From contig NC_090397.1 of assembly GCF_036365525.1 (NCBI RefSeq), positions 31,176,352 through 31,240,351 on the forward strand: a DNA stretch of 64,000 bases. The letters are read 5' to 3'. This document shows, one piece after another, positions 1-10,677 of the stretch. A program made the position numbers and the translations under genes. The stretch is from Heterodontus francisci (Eukaryota). Below the pieces are notes generated by a model, which was not told the DNA's origin, ran no database searches, and saw only the letters and a program-made list of their open reading frames with translations. Position 1 is the first letter of the stretch. Each line of letters starts with the position of its first letter.

Positions 1-118
1 AAGAGATGAAGACTGAGTTAGAGTACCAGCTGAAACTGAGATCCAAACTACCATTTCCCAATGCGGTAACACTGGAGGAGATTTTCACATATGGAAGTCC
101 TTTATTGGCATGTGTACA

Positions 119-1383
119 GGGAGGCAGTGGCATAATGGTATTGTCACTGGACTAGTAACCCAGAGACCCAGGGTATTGCTCGGGGGACATGGCTTCAAAT
201 CCCACCACGGCAGAAGATGGAATTTAAATTCAATTAATAAATCTGGAATTTAAAAAAAACCCAAAAAGCTAGTCTAATGAGGGACATGAAACCAATGTCG
301 ATTGTTATAAAAATCCATATGGTTCACTAATGTCCTTTAGGGAAGGAAATCTGCTTTCCTTACCTGGTCTGGCCTACATGTGATTCCAGACTGACAGCAT
401 AGAGTCATAGAGTTATACAGCACAGAAACAGGCCCTTTGGCCCACCATGTCCGCACCGGCCATCAAGCCTATCTGTTCTAATCCCATTTTCCAGCACTTG
501 GCCCGTAGCCTTGTATGCTATGGCGTTTCAAGTGCTCATCTAAATACTTCTTAAATGTTGTGAGGCTTCCTGCCTCTAATACCAGATTCCAACCATCCTC
601 CAGGTCAAAACATTTTTCCTCAAATCCCCTCTAAACCTCCTGCCCCTTACCTAAATCTATGCCCCCTGGTTACTGACACCTCCGCTGAAATGGCCTAGCA
701 AGCCACTCAGTTGTATCTAACTGCTACGAAGCCAATAAGGAATTAAACCGGATGGACGACCCAGCATCAACCTCGGCACCGGAAACGACAACGGCAAACC
801 CAGCCCTGTTGACCCTGCAAAGTCCTCCTTACTAACATCTGGGGGCTTGTGCCAAAGTTAACAGAGCTGTCCCACAGACTAGTCAAACAACAGCCTGAGA
901 TAGTCATACACACGGAATCATACCTTACAGACAATGTCCCAGACACTGCCATCACCATCTCTGGGCATATCCTGACCCACCAGCAGGACAGACTCAACAG
1001 AGGTGGCGGAAAAATGGTTTATAGTCGGGAGGGAGTTACTCTGGGAGTCCTCAACATCAACTCCAGACCCCATGAAGTCTCATGGCGTCAGGTCAAACAT
1101 GGGCAAGGTAACCTCCTGCTGTTACCACCCACCGCCCTCCCTCAGCTGATGAATCAGTACTCCTCCATGTTGAACAACACTTGGAGGAAGCACTGAGGGT
1201 GGCAAGGGCACAGAATGTACTGTGGGTGGGGGACTTCAATGTCCATCACCAAGAGTGGCTCGGTAGCACCACTACAGACCGAGCTGGCTGAGTCCTAAAG
1301 GACATAGCTGCTAGATTGGGTCTGCGTCCGGTAGTGAGGGAACCAACAAGAGGGAAAAACATACTCTATGTCATCCTCACCAG
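119..1383 (+). mobile_element. 5' part of a CR1/L2-group LINE with a tRNA-derived head and APE endonuclease (interrupted by a CR1 tail at 398-685)
   Basis: A-box TGGCATAATGG (~128-138), anticodon-like arm CTGGA-CTAGTAA-CCCAG, B-box-like GGCTTCAAATCC (~191-202). From 816 the frame reads CKVLLTNIWGLVPKLTELSHRLVKQQPEIVIHTESYL...DRLNRGGG, with VGDFNVHH at ~1226; these are APE motifs. Confidence 0.8.
398..685 (-). mobile_element. CR1 (HER1-like) LINE 3' end fragment
   Basis: Starts with the reverse-complement CR1 tail CATAGAGTCATAGAG..ACAGCACAGAAACAGGCCCTTTGGCCCACC, the same tail as other CR1 copies and the SINEs in this window. Confidence 0.8.
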
Positions 1384-1945
1384 GAGTTTGATCCAGTGAC
1401 AATGAAGGAATAGAGATATATTTCCAAGTCAGGATGGTGTGTGACTTGGAGGGGAACGCACAGGTGGTAGTGTTCCCATGGGCCTGCTGCCCTTGTTTTT
1501 CTAGACAGTAGAGGTCAATGATTGGGAGGTGTTGTCAAAGAAACCTTGATGAGATGCTGCACTTGTAGATGGTACACACCGCAGCCAAGATGTGCAGGTG
1601 GTGGAGGGGGTGAATATTTAAGGTGTTGGGAGGGTGCCCATCAAGCACTGGATGGTGTCTAGCTTCTTGAGTGTTGTTGGAGCTGCATCCATCCAGGCAA
1701 GTAGAGAGTATTCCATCACACTCCTGACTTGTGCCTTGTAGATGGTGAAAAGGGTTTGGGGAGTGGGGAGGTGAGTTACTCTCCACAGAATACTCAACCT
1801 CTGAACTATTCTTGTAATCACAGTATTCATGTGGTTGGATCAGTTAAGTTTCTGGTCACTGGTGACTCCCACAGGATGTTGATAGTGGGGAATTCAGTGA
1901 TGGTGATGCCATTGAATGTCAAGGGGAGATGGTTAAACTCTCTCT
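1384..1945 (-). mobile_element. 3' (post-RT) fragment of the same LINE family as 49378-51000, in opposite orientation to 119-1383
   Basis: ORF 1618-1830 (TIYKAQVRSVMEYSLLAWMDAAPTTLKKLDTIQ) matches the C-terminus of ORF 49746-50492, and the nucleotide sequences are collinear. Confidence 0.85.
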
Positions 1946-2154
1946 GCCAATTCAGAGACTAATAGGAAACAAAAATTATATAATAAATATACTATGATAT
2001 ATAGCCATTAAAATTAATTTTTATTTATTTTTATTTAAAAAAAATTAATTTTAATGGATATATATCAGTATATTTATTATATAATTTTTGTTTCCTATTA
2101 GTCTCTGAATTGGCAGAGAGAGTTTAACCATCTCCCCTTGACATTCAATGGCAT
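1906..2154. repeat. Long near-perfect inverted repeat (foldback), arms ~115 bp with a short AT-rich spacer
   Basis: Left arm ATGCCATTGAATGTCAAGGGGAGATGGTTAAACTCTCTCTGCCAATTCAGAGACTAATAGGAAACAAAAATTATATAATAAATATACT... is the reverse complement of ...AGTATATTTATTATATAATTTTTGTTTCCTATTAGTCTCTGAATTGGCAGAGAGAGTTTAACCATCTCCCCTTGACATTCAATGGCAT. Confidence 0.95.
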
Positions 2155-4530
2155 AATATTCTGACTAATAAAGATAGCTGCTGAGTTTCTTACCATTATG
2201 GGTATTTTCAGCGACCAACTTGAATTTTCACCCACTCCTCAATATACCCTTAAAAATTACATTCATAACATAACAAACATATGAAAAGTAAAGAGTTCTG
2301 GTGTAAAAGTCACAGAACTGCCCAACGTATTATTAGAGATTCTAGTGTGTACTGTGTGCAATTTAAAATGGTTGAAAATATTGCACAATGTGGGTTAGAA
2401 TTTTCAATACGTATTCTCAGTGGTAGTTCTCAAAAGGGAGTGTTGAGTCCGAAAATTACTCAGTTGTGCTCGTAGCCATGTATCTTGGTTAAGGGGGTTA
2501 GTCTCATATTTCCCAATGTTCAAAAGCCTTGGTTCTGTAAATCATGTTCTGCATTTGAGTTTCTGCCAAAAAAGGGCAGAGCCCTAGGTGATAACAATTG
2601 TCTGAGAAAGAATTGGTCGGACATGGGATATATGAGTGAACCTTTATTACTAGTGCAATGGAATCTTTTCACCTCAATACTCAACCTTGAAGTGAGTGTA
2701 GTAGCTGCTCCTTCTGTATTCTTGTCATAAATGTGGAGCTTTGATTTTAACACTGGCAACTCCTGTGGTGCCACACCAATCATAGCCACTGAAATAACTG
2801 ATAGCTGGTTTGCAGCTCTGCTGGTGGAGGGGTAGTCCGCAGCATTAGTGTTCAGTCCGCTGGTCTACATGGCTTTGGACAGCCCTGAGTCCAAGAGAAA
2901 GAAGTATATTTCTGTCGTAGCTTCCTAAACCTTATCATGACTAAGCTTTTAAAGGATTGCAGAAAACATTTCAGGAAAACATGGACCCAGAAATAGCTCT
3001 CCCTCATGCCTGAGGAACATTCCTTTCCCAAGTTCCATGAAGAGGAAAATGGGGTGCAGACCCATTACATCGGGTCTCGCCACCTTTTATGTGCCCTGGA
3101 TTTCCTGTACTTTTTCATCAAGGTGATCCTGAGTCTGCACCTAAAACGGGTGCAAGGACAGGACAGCCGTAGAAATGAGGCAGGAGGAGGTGTCCCTCAC
3201 TCTCCTGTCTCTGTTTTCTGAGTCTGCATCTGAAGGGTTCTCATTTCCAGTGGCAATACAAGAAGCTGGCGGCAGACCTTGCACCTGGGATCTTCCTCAG
3301 ATTGGAGAGTTTGGGAGGGCCAAGCAACAAGGTAAAGGAGGAAGAAAAGGTAATTTTCACCTTCCTTTTGCAGTCTATCATCAAATCTTTGGTCCTGGAG
3401 GCTTCATGTTCTCCAAGTTGCCAGGAGTCCCAAGGCAACTGGCTGATCCTGCAGCTACAGGCCTTTTAGACCTGCACCTCCTGTTCTATTCCGATCCTCA
3501 TTTCCCAACACAAGGTCCAGGTGAGAGCAAACCAGTGCTAGGTGCATGACAGGGTGACAGAACCATACTAATGACCCAGTCTACCAAGCTCAGACACTCT
3601 GAGGCCTGGGCAGGCTGAGGGCAGTGAGTATGTACCCCTGTGGACAAGAAGGGAAGGAATGGTGGCTCATGGTCATTCAACTGTTCTATCACTTCCATAA
3701 AGAAGTGGCAGATATCTCTAACCTTATCAAAAGTTTGGATAATGGGTGTTGGGCTCATTGATGGAAATACATTAGTTCTCATAGCCAACAGGGAATCTCA
3801 CAATTTGGAGTTGAACTTAGATTTACACTAAGGGCAAGTCCTCATCCGAGCCTTTTCATGTTGGCATTTAGCTTGGAGGTAACCTGTCGATAAGCAGATT
3901 GCTAAATCACTTCTGGCTTTTGCCCAATGTTCTAGAAATTCCTTTATTAAACTAATCTGAATCATAGTGCATTACAGTTTTAGTGAGTTTCTACCACACA
4001 TGATATGATCTCTTTCACATGAAAGTAAGTATTTGATTCCAATCCAAATCAGCAATTTCCTGCTTGAGATTATTCCAATTGCTCCAGGCATATGACAAGG
4101 CCCAAGTTTGTCATTCAAGATGCTAAGGAAAGATCATTAGTGTGGTTTGACCATGCAGTGGTCAAACATGTCATGTGATACTTAATTGAATGTTTCTATG
4201 TGATATGGGGAGATGTCTAATTCTAATGTATTGTAATTATGCTGAATGATATTCTTAAATGTTGGTGATCCTTGTAAGTGCGACTGAAAAATGGAAATCA
4301 TAAAATAAATACAAATGGAGAAGGCCATTCGCCCCATATTAGCTCATCCATCCAAAAAACCCCTCAAATTGCCCCCTCCCCAAATCAGGCCATCTAATAG
4401 ATCATTGTTCTTCTTGACATTAGTCCTAAATTTGTCCTTCACAAATTTAAACCATGTCCCCCTATCCAGATTTGCTTTACTTTGAAATGATGTCCTGAAT
4501 ATATAAATTCTATACAGTTTAACAAGTTAT

Positions 4531-4872
4531 ACACAGTGGCGCAGTGGTTAGCACCGCAGCCTCACAGCTCCGGCGACCCGGGTTCAATTCTGGGTACTGC
4601 CTGTGTGGAGTTTGCAAGTTCTCCCTGTGTCTGCGTGGGTTTCCTCCGGGTGCTCCGGTTTCCTCCCACATGCCAAAGACTTGTAGGTTGATAGGTAAAT
4701 TGGCCATTATAAATTGCCCCTAGTATAGGTAGGTGGTAGGGAAATATAGGGACAGGTGGGGATGTGGTAGGAATATGGGATTAACGTAGGATTAGTATAA
4801 GTGGGTGGTTAATGGTCGGCACAGACTCGGTGGGCCGAAGGGCCTGTTTCAGTGCTGTATCTCTAAAAAAAA
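4531..4872 (+). mobile_element. HE1/V-SINE-type tRNA-derived SINE, full length
   Basis: A-box TGGCGCAGTGG, B-box GGTTCAATTCT, V-SINE core GTCTGCGTGGGTTTCCTCCGGGTGCTCCGGTTTCCTCCCAC, CR1-type tail GGGCCGAAGGGCCTGTTTCAGTGCTGTATCTCTAAA. Confidence 0.9.
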
Positions 4873-5074
4873 ACACTCTGTAAGGTCTCCCTGGAGTTAT
4901 CTTTTAAAGCAAACAGCCTGTTTCTCCAATCCTGATTCTTTTAAGTCAGTTTCATTTATCCATTTCCAGGGTTTACCTTATATTCCCACTGCTCAGTTTT
5001 GTAGTAGTCTTTCATGAAAAACTTTGTCAAATACTTTTTGGAAGTCCAAATACATCACACTGGGCAAGCGTAGT

Positions 5075-5220
5075 AAGGTCACGGGAAGACCGTCATTTGC
5101 AAGTTCACCTCCAAGTCATACACCATTCTGACTTGGACATTTATCACCATTCTTTCATTGATGCTGTGTTAAAATCTGAGAATTCTCTACCTATCACCTC
5201 TGTGGGAGCACCATCAACCA
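5075..5220 (+). mobile_element. Old 3' fragment of the tRNA-headed LINE family
   Basis: CAAGTCATACACCATTCTGACTTGGA... is the reverse complement of the motif at ~1423-1450 and ~49577-49605. Confidence 0.55.
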
Positions 5221-5289
5221 CAAGCAAGTAACTACTCAGATGTCGAATGTGTGTACATGTGTTTTTCTCCTTCCCCCTTCTCCTTCGTT

Positions 5290-5425
5290 CTGTTCCATTT
5301 TAAATGCTGTTTATCTGGAATATCTTCCAGTTCTGATGAAGGGTCCACACCTGAACTATCAACTCTTCGAATCACTGTGACTGCTTGACTGATCGAGTGA
5401 GTGTTTGCAGCATTTTATTTTTGTG
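5290..5425 (+). mobile_element. Decayed Penelope-like terminal repeat fragment
   Basis: TTCTGATGAAGGGTC..ACCTGAAC..AACTC..CTGCTTGACTG..TGCAGCATTTTATTTTTG; a related fragment lies at ~34460-34530. Confidence 0.45.
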
Positions 5426-5464
5426 TCAAGTAAAATAGTGTGGTAACAGTGACCTCTGCAGGCA

Positions 5465-6166
5465 TGAGGTGGTTTTGCAGAGCTCACCGATGGGAAAGCA
5501 TCATTATGGAAAATGTATATCAGAGGGTTTCTCAACACCGTTCCACCACTGGCCATTTTTGGTGAGGCGGGTTCGGGGTTGGCAGGGCTACCCACTCCCA
5601 CAAGGCAGGTAGCCAATTAGGCTTGTTAAGAGCCTTGTGAACTTCAGTTGGCCTCCAGTTTCCCAAACCAATGGGGAGCAGTTTAACCATCTGGAGGTGG
5701 GCACTTGGCAGCAGGCCAGTGCTTTAGGCAGGCCTAGAGGCCCTCCTTGCCTGTCTGGGTGCGGGTGCAGCCACAAGCCACCCTGTTGAAGGATTTCACC
5801 CACCCGCTCCCCCCACAGCAACCTGGCCCCCACCCCCACTTCCTTAAAGCAGTGGCCTGGATGCTATATCTTTTTTTTAAGATTGAAAAAGTTGTTGAGA
5901 GGGCGCCTCCAATTTGAAGAACTCTCTCCATTACTTATCATCCATTGCAGGCTGCTGCTCCTCTCAAATCCGAAGGTCTCTGATTGGCCCTCCAGCTTTG
6001 AGAGCCCACCGCCACCCTTAATTTGATAGGGAATCTGTCTCCATGCCAATTCAGGGGGTGCCTCCATGAAAATCCCAATAAACAACTGTTTCCCTCTGGG
6101 GGCAGTTTCATTACCTGGAAGTAGTCCCAACTCCTGTTTCCCGCACCCAGAGGGAAAATCCAGCCC
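5465..6166. mobile_element. Non-autonomous Harbinger-like MITE (left end uncertain)
   Basis: Ends in GAAAATCCAGCCC, the same TIR as the MITE at 30492-31145; GC-rich interior. Confidence 0.45.
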
Positions 6167-6425
6167 ATAGATTCATAGAAATTTACAGCACAGATGGAGT
6201 CTCTACAACCCTTTTGGGCAGTGAGTTCAAGACCCTCACCATCCTCTGAATGAAAACTTTCTCCCCAATTGCCCTCTAATCCTCCTATCAATAATTTTAA
6301 ATCTATGCCCCCTGGTTATTGATCTCTCTGTTAACTGAAATAGGTCCTTCCTATTCATTGTATCTAGTCCCTTCATAATTTTATACACCTCAATTACAGA
6401 CCCCTTCAGCTTCCTCAGTTCTAAG
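6167..6425 (-). mobile_element. CR1 3' fragment; it resumes at 9753-9790 after the nested CR1
   Basis: CATAGATTCATAGAAATTTACAGCACAG tail; the sequence continues as AAGGAAACAACCCCAGCCTATCCAATC after 9752. Confidence 0.7.
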
Positions 6426-6969
6426 CTTCCTTCAGGGAGTGGAGAAGAACTGGACCTGTGTGGGTGTACCTAAAAGTGGGAGCAGATAAATACAGAGCGA
6501 GGCTCAGGGCCTGCACCTACCTTCAGGGAGCAGAGGAACTGGACCTACGAGGGAGCACCTAACAGCGGGAGAGGAGCTGCAGGAGTTGGTGCACGCTGAC
6601 TGAGTTTGAAAAAAGGAATCAAAAAGTGACATCACAGGAAAGCTGTAAGGTGATTGGTTGGTGACTAACTGATGTGAGGGATTATCTGTAAATAGCTAGG
6701 TTTGTACACTGCTGTTCGGGTTTGTGAGTTTATAGCTGGAAATTAGAAAAATGTCATCTAAAAATTTTAAAATTTTAAGTAGCCACCTTATAATTAATTA
6801 AGATATGCAAGCAGAAGGGAAGAAGCTAGTGAATCTATTTTTATTTTTAAGCAGTAAGGTTTATTATATTACTCAGGTTTAAATTAGTACAGTAAGTGCA
6901 GGTGAGGAGAGGCAGTAATTAAAAATTAATGAAGAAAATAATTAATTAGTTAATTAAAACACAATAAAG

Positions 6970-7795
6970 ATGGCAGGGCAGGTGATGTGTTGCAGCTGCA
7001 GTATGTGGGAGCTCGTGGACACCAATGTGATCCACGGCAACCACGTCTGCGGTAAGTGTCTGCGGCTCAAAGAGCTTCGGCTCAGAGTCAGTGAGCTGGA
7101 GGCTGAGCTACAGACACTGCGATGCATCAGGGAGGGGGAAAGCTACCTGGACACTTTGTTCCAGAAGGCAGTCACACCCCATAGGATAGCATCTTCTGAT
7201 TTGGTCAGGGGTCAGGGACAGGGGTATGCGACTGTGAGTGAGGCAGGTAAGGGGATTGAGAAGGCTAAAGTGAAGGAGCCTCAGCCCTTGCAATTGTCCA
7301 ACAGGTTTGAGGTTTATTCAGCTTGTATGGATGAGAGCAAAGGTTGCAAGGTGGATGAGCAAACTGACCATGGCACTGTGGTACAGGATGCCATTCAAGT
7401 GGGGGGAGTAAATAGGAATGCAGTGTCAGTAGGTAACAGTATAGTCAGGGGAATACACGCCGTTCTGTGCAGCTAAGAGTGAGAGTCCAGCAGGCTGTGT
7501 TACCTGCCCAGTGCTAGGTTTCAGACATCTGCTCTGGGCTGGAGAGGAACTTGCAGTGGGAGGGGGAGAATCCAATTGTCATGATCCACTTGGGTACCAA
7601 CGACATAGATAGGACTAGGAAAGAGGTTCTGCATAGAGAGTATGAGCAGCTAGGGGCTAAAAAGCAGAACCTCAAAGGTAATAATCTCTGGATTATTACC
7701 TGAGCCACGAGCAAATTAGAGTAGGGTAAATAAGACTATAGAAATAACTGCCTGGCTCAAAGATTGGTGTGGAAGAAAAGGATTTTGATTCGTGG
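6970..7795 (+). pseudogene. CR1 ORF1: zinc finger (CxxC...CxxC), coiled coil, SGNH/GDSL esterase-like domain; disrupted
   Basis: MAGQVMCCSCSMWE..VCGKCLRLKELRLRVSELEAELQTL..VGNSIVRG; downstream HLGTND motif; stops and frameshifts present. Confidence 0.85.
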
Positions 7796-7799
7796 AGAA

Positions 7800-9658
7800 T
7801 CAAGGGACAAGCGAGAATGATGAAATAAAAGAAATTAGAATTAGTAAAAAAAGTAGTACTGGAGAAATTAATGAGACTGAAATTTGATAAATCCCCTGGA
7901 CCTGATGATCTACTTCCCAGAGTGTTGAAAGAGATGGCTGTAGTGATAGTGGATGCATTAGTGATCATCTTCCAAAATTCTGTAGATTCTGGAACGGTTC
8001 CTGCAGATTGGAAGGTAGTAAATGTAATCCCACTATTTAGGAAAGGAGGGGGAGGGAAAACGGGGAACTACAGACCTGTTAGCCTGACATCAGTAGTAGA
8101 GAAAATGCTAGAATCTATTATAAAGGATGTGATAACTGGACACTTAGAAAATAATGGTAGGATTGGGCAGAGTCAACATAGATTTATAAAAGGGAACTCA
8201 TGTTTGATAAGCCTGTTGGAGTTTTTTGAGAATGTAATTAGCAGTTTAGATAAGGGGGAACCAGTGGATATGGTGTATTTGGATTTTCAGAAGGCGTTTG
8301 ATAAGGTCCCAAACAGGTTAGTTAACAAAATTAGAGCACATGGGATTGTGGGTAATATACTGGCATGGATTGAGAATTGGTTAAAGGACATAAAACAGAG
8401 AGTAGGAATAAACGGGTCATTCTCAGTTTGGCAGGCTGTGGCTAGCAGGATACCACAAGGATCAGTGCTTGGGCCCCAGCTATTCACAATCTATATCAAT
8501 GATTTGGATGTGGGGACCAAATGAAATGTTTCCAAGTTTGCTGATGACACAAAACTAGGTGGGAATGTGAGATGTGAGGAGGATGCAAAGAGGTTTCAAG
8601 GGGATTTAGACAGGCTAAATGAGTAGGCAAGAACATGGCATGTGGAATATAATGTGGCAAAATGTGAAGTTATCCACTTTAGTAGGAAAAACTACTAAAA
8701 GCCTGTGTGGAGTTTGCAGGTTCTCCCTGTGTCTGCGTGGGTTTCCTCCGGGTGCTCCGGTTTCCTCCCACATGCCAAAAGACTTGCAGGTTGATATGTA
8801 AAATTGGCCATTATAAATTGCCCCTAGTATAGGTAGGTGGTAGGGAAATATAGGGACAGGTGAGGATGTGGTAGGAATATGGAATTAGTGTAGGATTAGT
8901 ATAAATGGGTGGTTGATGGTCGGCACAGACTCGGTGGGCCGAAGGGCCTGTTTCAGTGCTGTATCTCTAAACTAAACAGAAATGCAGAGTATTTCTTACG
9001 TAGTGAGAGATTGGAAGTGTTGATGTGCAAAGAGACCTGGGTGTACTTGTTCATAAGTCACTGAAAGCCAACATGCAGGTGCAGCAAACAATTAAGAAGG
9101 CAAATGGTATGTTGGCCTTTATTGCAAGAGGAATGGAGTACAGGAGTAAAGAAGTCTTGCTGCAGTTGTATTGAGTCTTGGTGAGACGCATCTGAAGTAT
9201 TGTGTACAGTTTTTTGGTCTCCTTACCGAAGGAAGGACATACTTGCCATTGAGGGAGTGCAATGGAGGTTCAGCAGACTGATCCTTGGGATGGCAGGATT
9301 GACCTATGAGGAGCGATTGAGTAGACTGGGCCTCTTATTCTTTAGAGTTTAGAAGAATGAGAGGTGATCTCATTGAAGCATACAAAATTCTTACAGGGCT
9401 TGTCAGGGTGAATACAGGAGGGATGTTTCCCCTGGCTGGGGGTTGTCTAGAACCAGGGGACAAAGTCTCAGAATAAGAGGTAGGCCATTTAGGACTGAGA
9501 TGAGGATGAATTTCTTCATACAGAGGGTTGTGAATCTTTGGAATTCTGTACCCCAGAGGGCTCTGGAGGCTCAGTCATTGAGTATGTTCAAGACAGAAAT
9601 TGATAGATTTCTCGATATTAAAGATATCAAGGGATATGGGGATAGTACGGGAAAATGA
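7800..9658 (+). pseudogene. CR1 ORF2 reverse transcriptase, disrupted
   Basis: ORFs 7871-8524 and 9443-9658 carry the CR1 RT and the C-terminal RTRG..FF.QRVVNLWN motif. Confidence 0.9.
8701..8976 (+). mobile_element. 5'-truncated HE1/V-SINE nested in CR1 ORF2
   Basis: Near-identical to 4599-4866 and ends in CTCTAAACTAAAC; it splits the CR1 sequence GTAGGAAAAAC|AGAAATGCAGAG. Confidence 0.9.
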
Positions 9659-9884
9659 CATTGAGGTAGAAAATCAGCCATGATCTAGTTGAATGGCGGA
9701 GTAGGCTCGAGGGGCCGAATGGCCTACTTCTGCTCCTATTTCCTATGTTCCTAAAGGAAACAACCCCAGCCTATCCAATCTTTCCTCATTCTTGAAGAAT
9801 AAAGGCTCAATTTTGCGTTTGCTACTTGCCATCATTGTTAGTATTTAAGTAAACTTTGTTAAAAATTATGTTAATTACACTGAC

Positions 9885-10328
9885 TATGGTGTAGTGGTTA
9901 CTTATTGGACTAGTAATCCAGAGGTCCGGGGTCTAACAAGACAAGGAACATGAGTTCAAATGCAATCTTGGCAGTTGAGAATTTGAATTCAGTTTTAAAA
10001 ATCTGAAATTAAAATGCAGTTTTTAGTAAAAGTGACAGTGAATCTGTTGTGCTGTAAAACTACCCCAACTGTTCTTTAGGGAAGTAAACCTGCTCTCCTG
10101 AGCTGCTTTGGTATGCATGCGACTCGAGTTCCACACCTACATGGTTGGCTCCTAACTGCCCTTGGAAGTAGCCTAGCAAGACACTTGTTATATCAAATTG
10201 TATCAAACTGATACAAAGGACCACAGCCAATCAAGAAGGCCCATTACTTCCTTCTCAGTGAAACTAGGAATGGGCAATAAATGCCAGCCTTGTCAGTGAT
10301 GCCCACATCCTTGGAATGAGTAAACAAA
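9885..10328 (+). mobile_element. tRNA-headed SINE: head and tail of the LINE family at 119-1383 / 49378-51000
   Basis: TGGTGTAGTGG..TGGACTAGTAATCCAGAG..GAGTTCAAAT..CTTTAGGGAAGTAAACCTGC..GCCTAGCAAGACAC matches 119-715. The tail GGGCAATAAATGCCAGCCTTGTCAGTGATGCCCACATCC matches the reverse complement of 49385-49435. Confidence 0.8.
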
Positions 10329-10677
10329 CATAACCACTATTGAATCTCCCAGCAAATTGCTGATGGGAATTTGGGAGAAATAGGGAAAATGAAAGGGTGA
10401 GATGAACTGAACTCACTTATAAGAGGAACAGAATTGTGCATTTATTTAAGTGAGGATGCTAGGCAAGGGTGATGGTGAATTAATAATTTAATATTTAGTG
10501 ACATTCCCTTCATTATGGAGTATGAGTGATATCATGGAGTAGATGAATTAATGTGGAAGATTGTATAAATAAATTAAAAATAAAGGTAAGATTATTTAAT
10601 TTTGAACAATAAATAGAAGAAATCGAAGCTAATAAAAGGGATTTAGAATTGTAAAGGAGGCAGATTCCTTAAATGAT

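Larger units (their letters stand above)
6426..9752 (+). mobile_element. CR1 LINE with 5'UTR, ORF1 and RT, internally deleted (endonuclease missing)
   Basis: Repeated 5'UTR units (CTTCAGGGAG..GAACTGGACCT). ORF1 begins at 6970. RT motifs KSPGPD, NYRPVSLTS, YLDFQKAFDKVP, PQGSVLGP, KFADD. 3' tail CCTATGTTCCTA. Confidence 0.9.

Noticed and set aside
4531-4605. tRNA genes at 119, 4531, 9885, 30001 and ~53230
   Set aside because: These are tRNA-derived heads of SINEs/LINEs followed by element bodies; there is no complete cloverleaf with a T-run terminator
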